Shown here: piece after piece, positions 40,055 through 50,884 of the stretch
How the letters are laid out: each line of letters opens with the position of its first letter
How positions within the stretch are numbered: position 1 is the first letter of the stretch
The notes under the pieces: model-generated
What the model was told of the DNA's origin: nothing
Seen by the model: only the letters and a program-made list of their open reading frames with translations
The model's database searches: none
From: Caviibacter abscessus
GTDB lineage: Bacteria > Fusobacteriota > Fusobacteriia > Fusobacteriales > Leptotrichiaceae
Length of the DNA: 64,000 nt
Direction: 5' to 3'
Assembly (NCBI RefSeq): GCF_001517835.1
Contig: NZ_LOQG01000011.1
Coordinates: forward strand, 44,028-108,027
Made by a program: the position numbers and the translations under genes

Positions 40055-40120
40055 TATTTTTCTCCCTTGCTAAGAAAAAGATACCCATTTAAGGTATCTT
40101 TTTCTAAATGGTTATAAAAC

Positions 40121-41128
40121 TTATTTTTTATATTCTTTATAATTATCAATATCTACACCAACATAAGGTACTCTTACAGATTTATCTACTAATTTCCATT
40201 CAGTTCCTTCTACTGCATCTTTACCATTTGCAAGATTTATTGCTAAATCAAGAGTTGCTTTAGCTTGATTTTTACCATCATTTAATACTGTTCCTAAAAT
40301 TTCTTGAGTTTCAATTAATAATAAAACTTCTTGAAGAGCGTCAACACCATATATAGGTAATTTTTTATTGTGTGCTTTTGTTGCTTCTAATGCACCTAAT
40401 GCCATACCATCATTATTAGAAAGTATAACTTCTACTGCATTTCCTTTAGGAGAAGATAACCAAGCATCAACTTTATCTTTAGCTTGAGCTGCATCCCATA
40501 AAGCTGTATCTTCAAATACTTTTTCAGTCTTATATCCTAATTCATTTAATTTTTTAATAACATATTCTGTTCTTGCTTCTGCATCTGGATGTCCAGGTTC
40601 TCCCTTAAGCATTGCATATTGAATTATTCCGTCTCCATTTAAATCTAATTTAGGATTTGCTTTCCAGTGTTTAGCTACTAATTCACCTTGAAATTCTCCA
40701 GATTGTTCAGGATTATTTCCTACATAATATGCTTTATCATATAATTTTAAAGCTTCTATACCTGGATCTTTGTTAAATAATACGATAGGTATGTTGGCTG
40801 CTTTTGCTTTTTCAATTATAGTAGGACCTGCTGATGGATCAACTAAATTTATTGCTAAAACATCTACACCTTTTGATATTAGCGTATCAATTTGATCATT
40901 TTGAATTGATTGTTGATTTTGTGAGTCATTTAATGCTAATTCAACATTTGGATGTTCTGCTGCAAATTTTACTAAATCATCTCTAAATGTTGCCATGAAG
41001 TTATCATCATATTTGTAAATAGTTACACCTATTTTGATTTTTTTACCTTCAGCGGCTGTAGTATCAGCTTTTTTTCCACAAGCAAATACAAATAGTAATG
41101 ATACTAAGAAAACTAAAATTTTTTTCAT
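40121..41128 (-). CDS. mglB: galactose/glucose-binding periplasmic lipoprotein
   Basis: Has type I periplasmic binding-protein fold similarity and a lipobox (LLFVFAC). The start was reset to MKKIL, which follows GGAGG. Confidence 0.85.
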   Translation of the reverse strand: MKKILVFLVSLLFVFACGKKADTTAAEGKKIKIGVTIYKYDDNFMATFRDDLVKFAAEHPNVELALNDSQNQQSIQNDQIDTLISKGVDVLAINLVDPSAGPTIIEKAKAANIPIVLFNKDPGIEALKLYDKAYYVGNNPEQSGEFQGELVAKHWKANPKLDLNGDGIIQYAMLKGEPGHPDAEARTEYVIKKLNELGYKTEKVFEDTALWDAAQAKDKVDAWLSSPKGNAVEVILSNNDGMALGALEATKAHNKKLPIYGVDALQEVLLLIETQEILGTVLNDGKNQAKATLDLAINLANGKDAVEGTEWKLVDKSVRVPYVGVDIDNYKEYKK

Positions 41129-41152
41129 AATTCCTCCCAATTATATTTTTTA

Positions 41153-42331
41153 TTATTTTATTAACTTTAAATTTGAAAATAAATTAGACATTATTAGTGA
41201 TAATGCTCCGTACTTTTCTACATTATCTCCTAATTTTGTTATATGTACTCTTATTTTACTGCCAAAATCATATGTCAATGACGAGTTTATACCTTTTTGA
41301 AAATTTTCTAAAAATACATTTCCCGAATAAATTATATCTCCTGAAACAATTACATCCCCAATATCTAATACATTCATTAAATTACCTATTGCTTCTCCAA
41401 TTTTATATGAAACCACAGATACAGTCTGCATAATAAAAGGATCATCTTTTGCTTTTTCATATATTTGTTTTATCGTATAATTGTTATCAAATGATGTTAA
41501 TGTAGATTTTTCATATTCTGATATAATCATTAGTTTTATTGATTTTTCAGAAAATTCTGCTTCAAGACATCCTGTCTTACCACATTTACAGACAAAATTT
41601 GAATGTTTATTGATAATAAAATGTCCTACCTCTCCTGCTTGACTATTAGAACCATAATACATATTACCATTTATTATCATTGCTCCACCAATGCCGTTTT
41701 TCATATAAATATAAAATACATTTGACTTATTTTTGGCGTTTCCTATCATTCTTTCTGCATTTAACATTGCTCTAACATCATTATCTATTACAACAGGTAA
41801 ATTATACCTATCTTCTAAAAGCTCTCCTATTTTTAAATTTTTCCATTTAAAATATGGTGAAAATTTAGCAATTCTTTTTTTTACATCAGATACTCCATTT
41901 AATGCTAAACCTATTCCTATTATACTTTCTTTTTTATACTTATTTATATATTCATCAAGTTCAGATATTAATAAATTAACCAAACTTTCTTGTGTTTTTA
42001 AAAAAAATTTTTTTCTTCTTGATTCTATTATTTCTCCATTTAATGTACCTATGCAAATATCTATGAAATCTGCTCCAAAATTAACTCCAATTATATTTTT
42101 AAAATCACCATTTATTTTAATAACATTTCTTGGTCTTCCTCTTCCTGTACCTTTTTTTGGTTCATCTTCTATAATATAATTTCTTTGTTTTAATTTTTTT
42201 AATGTTTTAGATATAGCCGCAGGTGTTAAATCAAGTTTTTTTGCAAGTTCTAATGCTGTCATATCTCCATTTTCAAACACAGCATTTAATAGTATGTAGT
42301 CATTTGTTCTCAACTTATTATTTTCTTTCAT
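41153..42331 (-). CDS. ROK-family transcriptional regulator (NagC/Mlc-like)
   Basis: Has an N-terminal wHTH (MTALELAKKLDLTPAAISKTLKKL) and a ROK sugar-kinase-like domain with a zinc-site Cys cluster (CKCGKTGC). Confidence 0.8.
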   Translation of the reverse strand: MKENNKLRTNDYILLNAVFENGDMTALELAKKLDLTPAAISKTLKKLKQRNYIIEDEPKKGTGRGRPRNVIKINGDFKNIIGVNFGADFIDICIGTLNGEIIESRRKKFFLKTQESLVNLLISELDEYINKYKKESIIGIGLALNGVSDVKKRIAKFSPYFKWKNLKIGELLEDRYNLPVVIDNDVRAMLNAERMIGNAKNKSNVFYIYMKNGIGGAMIINGNMYYGSNSQAGEVGHFIINKHSNFVCKCGKTGCLEAEFSEKSIKLMIISEYEKSTLTSFDNNYTIKQIYEKAKDDPFIMQTVSVVSYKIGEAIGNLMNVLDIGDVIVSGDIIYSGNVFLENFQKGINSSLTYDFGSKIRVHITKLGDNVEKYGALSLIMSNLFSNLKLIK

Positions 42332-42400
42332 AGTAAATATATACCCTTTTATTTTTAAAAAAACAAATTTTAGTATTAAAATATACCTTTTTTTATTAAC

Positions 42401-42443
42401 AAATAAAAAAACTAGGTTAAAATATCCTATTTTACCTAGTTTA
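42401..42443 (-). terminator. strong intrinsic terminator between the GNAT/lepB unit and the ROK regulator
   Basis: A near-perfect 15-bp stem (AAACTAGGTTAAAATA tcc TATTTTACCTAGTTT, one bulge) is followed on the minus strand by a U-run (plus-strand A-run at 42401-42410). Confidence 0.65.
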
Positions 42444-42449
42444 AATTTA

Positions 42450-42821
42450 TTAATTTTTATTTCTTTTCATGATTATAGCACTATTTTTTCCATAATAATT
42501 TTTACGTTTTGATATAATTTTAAAGCCATTTTTCAAATAAAAACTTATTGCAGCACTATTTGTTTCGTTTACTTCTAAAAAAATATCTTTATCATTAGGA
42601 ATTTGGTTAATCAATTCACTGGCATACCCTTTTCTCCTAAATAACGGGTGTACAGCTATCTCAAATATTTCATAAACATCTATACTGTCTATTAAAACTA
42701 AATATGCCTCGTCATTTATAGAGTAAATATTATATATATTTTGTAAATCATCAAAATATTTATTTGTAACTTTATTATTAAATACCATATTATGTATATC
42801 AGTAATAAAATTATTTTTCAT
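42450..42821 (-). CDS. GNAT family N-acetyltransferase
   Basis: Has the acetyl-CoA motif (HPLFRRKGYASELI). Confidence 0.65.
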   Translation of the reverse strand: MKNNFITDIHNMVFNNKVTNKYFDDLQNIYNIYSINDEAYLVLIDSIDVYEIFEIAVHPLFRRKGYASELINQIPNDKDIFLEVNETNSAAISFYLKNGFKIISKRKNYYGKNSAIIMKRNKN

Positions 42822-44061
42822 CTTTTACTAATCCAGCTCTATTTATAGGAAACCATCTGAAAAATAGTTTTCCTTTTATTCTTGATTTTTTTACATAACC
42901 AAAATATCTTGAATCTTGACTATTGTCTGTATTATCTCCCATAGCCATATAATAATCGTCTGTTAATGTAACTGAACCTCCATTTAATAATTTATCAAAT
43001 AAATCTTTATCATATTTAAAATCCATTATGGGAAGCATCATTTCATTATGCCCTTTGGCTTGTAGTAAGAATGTATATCTATATTTACTTTCATAATTGT
43101 TTGAATTATAAAGACCTATCAATCTTTTATAATCAAGCCCTTTTGCAATTTCAATAAATTCTTTAGGTTCTATTAATTGTAGTGTCCCATCTGATATATT
43201 TACTGAAACTATTTTACTTATACTTACTTCATCACCTTTTTTAGGTATGTATATACTTTGATTTAACATACTATAAACAGAACTTGTTCCAAGAGAATAA
43301 TATCTGTCATTTATAAGTTTATTATCACTGTATACTCTGTCATTTTCAATTTTAAATACAGTTCCTGCTACACCTGTTATTCTTTTTGTATACATTACTT
43401 TATTATCAAGTGGTTCACTAAATGAGATTATATCATTTAGCATAGGACTTTTAAATTTATATAAAATATTATTAGAAAATATTCTATCTTGCACTTGTAT
43501 AGTAGGTTCCATTGATTGAGTAGGTATAATATAATTTCCTAAATAATGAAGTTGTATTATTGAAGCAAGTAAAATAAGGAATAATCCATTTAATAATTTT
43601 CTTAAACTTTCCTTAAACTTATCTTTTTCAAGAAATAACGAAATTACTATCACAAATAATGTCGCAAGCATAGTATATTTGAAATATATATCATCTATAC
43701 CAACTAATCCTACTGCTGCTATAAACATAACAAAATTTAATAAAAATAAATATTCTTTATATTTATTAAATAAAAATCCTAATATATTAACAATAACAAT
43801 AAAATGCAATGCGTAAAACTTTATAGGTATAACTTCACTTTTAGTTTTATCCATAAAAAATAAGTATACGGCAAGTATAGAAAGTGCTGACAGTATATTT
43901 ATTCCTTTAATAATATTATCATTAATTGATTTTTCCATATTAACTTTTTCATATATAAAATCAGATACTTTATTTATATTGTTTGTAACAAATTTTTCAT
44001 TAACAAAGAATAATATTATAGCAATCGCTGTAATTATATAAAATAATATCCATAAAAACAT
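42811..44061 (-). CDS. lepB: signal peptidase I (S26) with an approximately 170-aa multi-TM N-terminal extension
   Basis: Has the catalytic Ser motif (PTQSMEPT) and the Lys-box region (GDNTDNSQDSRYFG). About six N-terminal TM helices precede the protease domain. Confidence 0.8.
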   Translation of the reverse strand: MFLWILFYIITAIAIILFFVNEKFVTNNINKVSDFIYEKVNMEKSINDNIIKGINILSALSILAVYLFFMDKTKSEVIPIKFYALHFIVIVNILGFLFNKYKEYLFLLNFVMFIAAVGLVGIDDIYFKYTMLATLFVIVISLFLEKDKFKESLRKLLNGLFLILLASIIQLHYLGNYIIPTQSMEPTIQVQDRIFSNNILYKFKSPMLNDIISFSEPLDNKVMYTKRITGVAGTVFKIENDRVYSDNKLINDRYYSLGTSSVYSMLNQSIYIPKKGDEVSISKIVSVNISDGTLQLIEPKEFIEIAKGLDYKRLIGLYNSNNYESKYRYTFLLQAKGHNEMMLPIMDFKYDKDLFDKLLNGGSVTLTDDYYMAMGDNTDNSQDSRYFGYVKKSRIKGKLFFRWFPINRAGLVKDEK

Positions 44062-44133
44062 TTTAGTTAATCTCCTTATTGTATATTTTAAACAATTATA
44101 TCACATTGTAATAAATATACCAAATATATTATC

Positions 44134-44433
44134 TTATCTTCTATAAACACTTTTATTTGTATACTCAATGACTTTTTTGGCTTTAATAATTTCTCCATCT
44201 TCTGATATATCAAGCAAATAAAGTCCTTCTTCTCCATATAAATTGACATACCAAGGTCTTTTTGGACCTCTTCTATAAAACCCTATTTTATCTAAAGGCA
44301 CATATTCTCCGTATGTTTTTTCTACATATTCTTGACTTAGTTTATAAATTGTTTCTCTTTTTAATTTTGGTGCAACTGTTACCGCACTACATGATACCAT
44401 AAAAAATAATAATAAAATTAATGATTTTTTCAT
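44134..44433 (-). CDS. small lipoprotein, unknown function
   Basis: Has a signal peptide with a lipobox (FMVSC). Confidence 0.5.
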   Translation of the reverse strand: MKKSLILLLFFMVSCSAVTVAPKLKRETIYKLSQEYVEKTYGEYVPLDKIGFYRRGPKRPWYVNLYGEEGLYLLDISEDGEIIKAKKVIEYTNKSVYRR

Positions 44434-45368
44434 TTCAATAATTCCCTTACCTTTCCAATTATATCGTCTACTGCCATATTTGTTTTGAAACCTGCCGCTT
44501 TTATATGCCCTCCACCACCAAAAAATGATGCTATATAATTTACATTAACAAATTTAGATCTAAAACTTCCTTTAATACTATGATCTGCTTCTTCTCTTAA
44601 AAATAAAGTAATATCATTTTCTTTTATTGTTAGTAAATATTCAGCTATTCCATCTGTGTCATCTTTTGTAATTCCTAATTTTAACATATCTTCGTATTTT
44701 AAATAGTAATAGGCAAATTTAATGTCCTCAAAATAAATTTTATCTATTATAGCCTTTGAAAAAATTTCAGCTTTTTTATTTGATTTTGAAAATAGAACTT
44801 GTGTAATATAACTTGCATTTATACCCTCATCAAGTAAATTTGCACAAATCCTAAATGTATTGCTTGTTACATTTGAATGTCTAAAATTGCCTGTGTCGTT
44901 TATTATGCCAAGATACATAAATTCAGCAATTTCTTTACTTAATTTTATATTTAACACATCTAAAAAATCATAAATTAATTCACTTGCTGAAGAAATATCT
45001 TTAATATAGTTAATGTCAAAATAACCAGTATTACTTATATGATGATCTATACACACTGTTTTTTTAGCCTTTTCTATCATTTCTTTTGTTACAGCAAGCC
45101 TTTCAAGATTTGCTGTATCAACAGATATTAATAAATCAATGTCATCTGTAACTTCTTTATAAATATTAATATCTTTTAATAATTCTTTTGTATATTCAGG
45201 TAATTCATCATTAAAGCAAACCTTAACATTTTTACTACTACCATATTGTTTTATCATTTTACTAAGTGCTATAGCACTTCCAATTGCATCTCCATCAGGA
45301 TTTACATGTCCTGCTATTACAATATTTTTTGCATTATCAATTTGTTCTTTTATTTTTTTTAACATCAC
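44430..45368 (-). CDS. nrnA: DHH-DHHA1 phosphoesterase (NrnA-like nanoRNase/pAp phosphatase)
   Basis: Has the DHH motif (HVNPDGDAIGS) and a DHHA1 C-terminus with a GGGH motif. Confidence 0.8.
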   Translation of the reverse strand: MMLKKIKEQIDNAKNIVIAGHVNPDGDAIGSAIALSKMIKQYGSSKNVKVCFNDELPEYTKELLKDINIYKEVTDDIDLLISVDTANLERLAVTKEMIEKAKKTVCIDHHISNTGYFDINYIKDISSASELIYDFLDVLNIKLSKEIAEFMYLGIINDTGNFRHSNVTSNTFRICANLLDEGINASYITQVLFSKSNKKAEIFSKAIIDKIYFEDIKFAYYYLKYEDMLKLGITKDDTDGIAEYLLTIKENDITLFLREEADHSIKGSFRSKFVNVNYIASFFGGGGHIKAAGFKTNMAVDDIIGKVRELLK

Positions 45369-46051
45369 ATACCACCTGACACATATTTGAATATATCATT
45401 ATAAATCAAAGCAATCATAAATATTAATAATATAATCATTCCTATCAAATGAACAATTTGCTCAACATTTTTACTTATTTTTAATCCCAACATATTTAAT
45501 AAGGTAAAAAGTATTCTACCTCCGTCAAGTGCCGGTATAGGAAGTAAATTCATTATTGCTAAATTAAGTGATATTATTGCTGTAAAAACTATTATTCCTT
45601 TATAATAACCTGCATTATTTACAATATTACCAACTAAAATAGGAAGCCCTACAGGACCTACAAAATCAGACATTGATGCACCTTTTGAAAATATTAATAT
45701 TAATCCTTTAAAAGTTAAATAAATTAAGTTATAAAAATTAACAAATACTTTTGATATATTTAAAAGACCCATACATATAAAACAAGTAAGAATATTCATA
45801 AATATACCCGCTTTTAATATTATTAACTTTTTTAAATTTGTAATTTTATCAAATTCTTCATCTTCAATACTAACATAACCACCCAAAGGCAATAATCTCA
45901 ATTTATATATACCATAAGACCAAATTTTAGGCCCCATTCCAATTGAAAATTCTCTAATATTTAAACCAAAATATTTTGCTGTCAAAAAATGCCCTAATTC
46001 ATGTAATAAAATTACTATTCCAAGTATTATAACTGTTATTATAATTTTCAT
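45365..46051 (-). CDS. M50-family site-2 protease, short form with no PDZ domain
   Basis: Has a HELGH zinc motif in TM1 and a polytopic architecture. Confidence 0.7.
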   Translation of the reverse strand: MKIIITVIILGIVILLHELGHFLTAKYFGLNIREFSIGMGPKIWSYGIYKLRLLPLGGYVSIEDEEFDKITNLKKLIILKAGIFMNILTCFICMGLLNISKVFVNFYNLIYLTFKGLILIFSKGASMSDFVGPVGLPILVGNIVNNAGYYKGIIVFTAIISLNLAIMNLLPIPALDGGRILFTLLNMLGLKISKNVEQIVHLIGMIILLIFMIALIYNDIFKYVSGGM

Positions 46052-46650
46052 TTATCATTCCTTCTTCTTAAATATTGTGATACTACATACATATTTTTAG
46101 TATATATTCCATTTGCGTAATTATCATTTATATTTCCAATTAAAATTTCACTATCATCTACCAAAACGATAAATTCGTTATCACTATCTTCAATCTGCAT
46201 ATTTATTTGAGTTTTTGGCAATAAATCAAGTTCTGTAAGCCCAACAACAACTATGTTTGACTTTGCACCACTTATCATATCCTGCATTTTATATATTAAA
46301 TTAAGTCTTCCGTTTATATTATACACTTCAAAGAAATTACTTGGTTTATATATCATTTCAAGTTCTAAACCAATATTTGCAAGTATATTTTCATATTCTT
46401 TTTTTATATCATTAATTATATCTTTAGGATTTACAGGTATATAATTTCTTTTATCCGTTTGTGTTGGAATAAGATTTATTATTCCTTTGCTACTTAAACT
46501 ATCTAGTGCCTGATAAGCGGTGGTTCTTGGCAATTGTGTAACTTTAGATATTTGAGTACCATTTAAACCTGGATTTTTAAGCAATTCCATATATATTTGT
46601 GCTTCTGCTAAACTAAATCCTATTTTTTTTAATTTTTCAATTACATCCAT
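46048..46650 (-). CDS. TrmB-family transcriptional regulator
   Basis: Has an N-terminal TrmB-type wHTH (LAEAQIYMELL). Confidence 0.65.
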   Translation of the reverse strand: MDVIEKLKKIGFSLAEAQIYMELLKNPGLNGTQISKVTQLPRTTAYQALDSLSSKGIINLIPTQTDKRNYIPVNPKDIINDIKKEYENILANIGLELEMIYKPSNFFEVYNINGRLNLIYKMQDMISGAKSNIVVVGLTELDLLPKTQINMQIEDSDNEFIVLVDDSEILIGNINDNYANGIYTKNMYVVSQYLRRRNDK

Positions 46651-46662
46651 TATAATCTCCGT

Positions 46663-48117
46663 TTATTTTATAGATTTTAATTCCTGATATAAAGTTTTAC
46701 TATAATTATCAGTCATTCCAGATATAAAATCAGTTACTAAAAGAAGTCTTAAATATAGCTTATAATTATATATATTTTCTTCTTCAACTCTATTTTTATT
46801 TTCATTTTCATATTTTTTTGCATATATTTTATAAATATACTGATGACTATCAGATAGTATTATTCTGTATCTTTTAAATAAAGAATCATTTGTATCATAT
46901 AAAGTATCATAATTTACGATAGCTGGTATAAAACTATCAAGCAAAGAATGTATAATTGTATTTGCCGATATTTCAGTTTTACTTATTATCTTTGAGTCAA
47001 ACACATATACTTTAGCCATATTTTTTAACATTTTAACTAAATTATTACAAGGTGCATAATAAAATAAATCTTGTTCCAATTCCCCATTCATTATTTTTTC
47101 ATAATTATCAATAAAAGTATTTACAACATCATTAATAATTAGACCTTGTATAGATATTATCCATCTTTGAACAGCATATTCTTTTTTATCGTAAACATCC
47201 TTTTTATTAGCATCTTCATAGTATTTATAAAATCTGTCATAGTACACATTTCCTTTTTTAAAACCAAATTCTGCTAATTTTTCTTCAAAATTCTGAAAAC
47301 TTATATGTTTTTTCTTAAATCCATCTTCAATATCAGCAGTTGCATAAGCAATGTCATCTGCTGCTTCAAGTAAATATGTAAGAGGATTTTTTTTATTATA
47401 ACACTTAGTACTTGAAACTATTTTACCGAATAATTCTTTTTCAGCAAAATAATAACCCATTTTTTTGTATCTACTATCATTTTTACTTTTATCAATTTCA
47501 AGTGATGAAATAGGATACTTTATTATTGTATTAAGAAGCCCATATGTTAAATTCATTCCATATTCATCAACTATAAAATGAAGTTTTGAAACTATTCTTA
47601 AAGTTTGTGCATTACCTTCAAAGTTATAAAAATCTTGTAACATTTGCTCATTTAATAATTTATTTAGTTTCACTTTATTTCCATAAAAATCTATAACTTC
47701 TATTTTACTAACATTATTTTTAAACCAACTTCTAATACTATCTTCTCCAAAATGTCCAAAAGGAGGATTTCCCATGTCATGCATTAATGCAGCAGAAGAA
47801 AGTATTGATACAATAAAATTAAGTTCATTATAACCAAAATCTTCATCTAATTTTTCACCTATTATTCTATTTCCAATCGAAGTTGCTAATGCCTTGGCAA
47901 AAGATGAAACCTCTATTGAATGCGTTAATCTTGTTCTTACAAAATCATTTTCTTCCAGTGGAAAAGCTTGAGTTTTATCTTGTAGTCTTCTAAAAGATGG
48001 ACTACTTACTATTCTATGAAAATCTTTTTCAAAATCATCTCTAATATCTGATGCTTTTACGCTACTTCTAGTTCTTTGACTTTCTGTTGAAAGTAAGTCT
48101 TTCCAATTCATTCTCAT
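46663..48117 (-). CDS. dgt: dGTP triphosphohydrolase-like HD-domain protein
   Basis: Has the HD motif (HSIEVS...MHDMGNPPFGH). Confidence 0.85.
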   Translation of the reverse strand: MRMNWKDLLSTESQRTRSSVKASDIRDDFEKDFHRIVSSPSFRRLQDKTQAFPLEENDFVRTRLTHSIEVSSFAKALATSIGNRIIGEKLDEDFGYNELNFIVSILSSAALMHDMGNPPFGHFGEDSIRSWFKNNVSKIEVIDFYGNKVKLNKLLNEQMLQDFYNFEGNAQTLRIVSKLHFIVDEYGMNLTYGLLNTIIKYPISSLEIDKSKNDSRYKKMGYYFAEKELFGKIVSSTKCYNKKNPLTYLLEAADDIAYATADIEDGFKKKHISFQNFEEKLAEFGFKKGNVYYDRFYKYYEDANKKDVYDKKEYAVQRWIISIQGLIINDVVNTFIDNYEKIMNGELEQDLFYYAPCNNLVKMLKNMAKVYVFDSKIISKTEISANTIIHSLLDSFIPAIVNYDTLYDTNDSLFKRYRIILSDSHQYIYKIYAKKYENENKNRVEEENIYNYKLYLRLLLVTDFISGMTDNYSKTLYQELKSIK

Positions 48118-49466
48118 TGTTTCACTTCCTTTGTCAAATTAGTTATCCATTTTTTACTTAAATATCTTTTTACACATGGATATAGTTTAAATAAATCGTC
48201 AAGCCAAGACAACAAATAAACAATTGCTATAGGTAGTTTATACAGCAATGCAAAATATGTAATAGGTATTCCTATAATCCACATAAATCCTAATTCTATT
48301 ATTAATGGATAAAATATATCTCCTCCAGCTCTTAATATACCAATTAAAAATATAACTGAATATCCCTTAAATAAATTTACAAACGATTCTGAGCGAATTA
48401 CACTTAAAGTAGTAGTATATAATTCACTATTAACTTTCATAAATCTTAAAAATATTGGAGCAAATACATTTATTGATATAAATATTAAAACAGATAGTAT
48501 AGAAAATAATTTTAAACATTCCTTTGAATATTTATATGCTTTATCTTTATTATTTTTACCAATCTCATTTCCTATAATAACTGCTGTTCCACTTGAAATA
48601 CCAATAAATAATGTAAATATTAAACCACTTATATTTGTTGCTATTTGTACACTTGAGAAAGCAATTGTACCAAGTTTACCATATAACATAACTTTAATCG
48701 AAAATGCTAAAGACCAAAATACTTCATGTACAAATGTTAAAGATGAAATACTTACTAATTTTGAAATAAAATTGAAACTAATCTCTTTTATTTCATTTTT
48801 ATATGGAATAATCGGTATTTTTTTGTATAAAATAATAATAATTACATATATTACTGTTATTATTCTTGAAATAAGGGTTGCTGTTGCTGCACCTAATACT
48901 CCAAAATTAGGTATTAAAATTAAATTTAAACTTATATTTATAACTAAACCTGTAATAGAAGCATATAACGAATACTTTGGCATATTTGTAGCTCTAAACA
49001 TCATTGCAATTGAAAATCCTATTGCATGTAAAGGAAAAGTATAAATTATAAGTCTAAAATATGTTTTTGCAAGTTTTATTACAGTTACATCTTGTGTATA
49101 AAAACCAATTATTTTTTCAGGCATTATAATTCCTAGTACTATAAAAGGAAGAGAAAACATAAGACCTACAATTAAAGTAATTGCCATAATTTTTCTAAGA
49201 CTCTTGTAATCTTTTGAACCAAAATATTGTGCTGCTAAAATATTAGAACCACTTAAAATTCCATATAAACTTCCGGTAAATAAGAAAAAAATCTGATTTG
49301 ATACTCCTAATGCACTTATTGCAGATGCACCAAGACCAAGTGCAGGATTTTCTTTACCTACCATAAAAATATCTATAAAATTTATTAAACTATATACCAA
49401 ATTTTCTAAAGCAACCGGTATAGAAAGATACATAATCTTTCTATATAACCAAGTATTATTTTTCAT
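48114..49466 (-). CDS. MATE-family efflux transporter
   Basis: A twelve-TM protein of the MATE family. The start was reset to MKNNTW, which follows GAGGA. Confidence 0.8.
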   Translation of the reverse strand: MKNNTWLYRKIMYLSIPVALENLVYSLINFIDIFMVGKENPALGLGASAISALGVSNQIFFLFTGSLYGILSGSNILAAQYFGSKDYKSLRKIMAITLIVGLMFSLPFIVLGIIMPEKIIGFYTQDVTVIKLAKTYFRLIIYTFPLHAIGFSIAMMFRATNMPKYSLYASITGLVINISLNLILIPNFGVLGAATATLISRIITVIYVIIIILYKKIPIIPYKNEIKEISFNFISKLVSISSLTFVHEVFWSLAFSIKVMLYGKLGTIAFSSVQIATNISGLIFTLFIGISSGTAVIIGNEIGKNNKDKAYKYSKECLKLFSILSVLIFISINVFAPIFLRFMKVNSELYTTTLSVIRSESFVNLFKGYSVIFLIGILRAGGDIFYPLIIELGFMWIIGIPITYFALLYKLPIAIVYLLSWLDDLFKLYPCVKRYLSKKWITNLTKEVKQ

Positions 49467-50256
49467 CAATATCCTCACTATTTTCAAAAATACCAAAAAT
49501 TAAAAGATGATCTGAAACATATTTTCTAATATCTTCATAATTATTTTTAGTAAAATCATATACTCCAAAAGTATTTGTAAACTCTTTGGTTTTTTCTAAA
49601 TTTAAAAACATATTATCATATGAATTTGCTAAACCTTTTTTAGATAAAGTAGTTTTATTTTTTTCAGGATTTATTATATTTACCATATTTTTCTTTTTTA
49701 AATTCAAAAAAGCCTTATCATTTGCAGGTAAATTAAAGTCACCCAAAATTATGATATCTTCCTCATTTGTTTTATCTAAAAAATAATCATATACTTCTAC
49801 ATACTTAGAAGCTTCTATCATTCTTTTTTTCGGGTCATCTCCAAATATTGAATGAACCGGAATTAAAACAAAATCAAATTTATTTGATTTAATATAAAAA
49901 GCTGATGGTTCCCTTATAAAATCATCTTTTTTATCATTGTAAACTCCAATATTTTTTATTTCATTTACTTTTGATTTTTTATAAATTATAGCATAATGCT
50001 CTTTATATTTCTTGCTTCCTACTGCTTTTGAAAGTATGTAATCGTATTCTTTTCCTAATTTCTCATTTAAAGTAATTATACCATCTTCATTCATGACTTC
50101 TTCTAATGCTATTATATCAAATTTTTTTATTATTTTAACTAAGGCTTTATAATCTTTTTTTGATTCTCCAAGTCTTGCAATATTAAAACTTGCTATACTT
50201 ATTTTTTCTGAAAATGTAATAAATGAAAATAGTAGTATTATAAAAATTTTTTTCAC
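49456..50256 (-). CDS. secreted EEP-family (endonuclease/exonuclease/phosphatase) protein
   Basis: Has an EEP N-terminal motif (SFNIARLG...IIALEEV). A GTG start at 50256 gives the signal peptide MKKIFIILLFSFITF. Confidence 0.65.
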   Translation of the reverse strand: MKKIFIILLFSFITFSEKISIASFNIARLGESKKDYKALVKIIKKFDIIALEEVMNEDGIITLNEKLGKEYDYILSKAVGSKKYKEHYAIIYKKSKVNEIKNIGVYNDKKDDFIREPSAFYIKSNKFDFVLIPVHSIFGDDPKKRMIEASKYVEVYDYFLDKTNEEDIIILGDFNLPANDKAFLNLKKKNMVNIINPEKNKTTLSKKGLANSYDNMFLNLEKTKEFTNTFGVYDFTKNNYEDIRKYVSDHLLIFGIFENSEDIDEK

Positions 50257-50299
50257 TGTCAAAACTCCATTGTAAAAAATGGCACTTAGTCGTGCCTTA

Positions 50300-50872
50300 T
50301 TAATTTGCTCTTTCCATATATTCGCCAGTTCTTGTATCAATTCTTATTTTATCTCCAATTTCTACAAATAATGGTACTTGTAATACATATCCTGTATTTA
50401 TAGTAGCTGGCTTAGTTGCTCTACCTATTGTATCCCCTTTTAATCCAGGTTCAGTGTATGTAACTTCTCTTACAACTGTATTAGGTAATTCAACACCTAC
50501 TGGAGTTTGCTCATACATTAATACTTGTATTACCATTTCTTCTACTAAGTAATTTACAGCATCTCCTAGTTCTTCTTCTCCAAGTGCTATTTGTTCAAAT
50601 GTTTCTTGGTTCATAAAATTATATTCTCCGTCCATTTGATATAAAAATTGCATTTGGAATCTATCTAGTATAATATCATCCATTATTTCTGTTGATAATA
50701 CTGTTATTTCTTGTACTTTATTACTAATTAAATCTCTTATTTTAAATTTCATTTCAGCTGCTCTTGCTTTTTTACCTGATGTAGATTGATGTCTCTCAGC
50801 TTTTAATATTATGTATGGTACTCCGTCCTTTCTGTATGTACTTCCTTGTCTTAGTTCCATTGCTGGCTTCAT
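50300..50872 (-). CDS. efp: elongation factor P
   Basis: Aligns with EF-P over its full length (PGLKGDT...ATLETG). Confidence 0.9.
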   Translation of the reverse strand: MKPAMELRQGSTYRKDGVPYIILKAERHQSTSGKKARAAEMKFKIRDLISNKVQEITVLSTEIMDDIILDRFQMQFLYQMDGEYNFMNQETFEQIALGEEELGDAVNYLVEEMVIQVLMYEQTPVGVELPNTVVREVTYTEPGLKGDTIGRATKPATINTGYVLQVPLFVEIGDKIRIDTRTGEYMERAN

Positions 50873-50884
50873 ATTTTATCCTCC

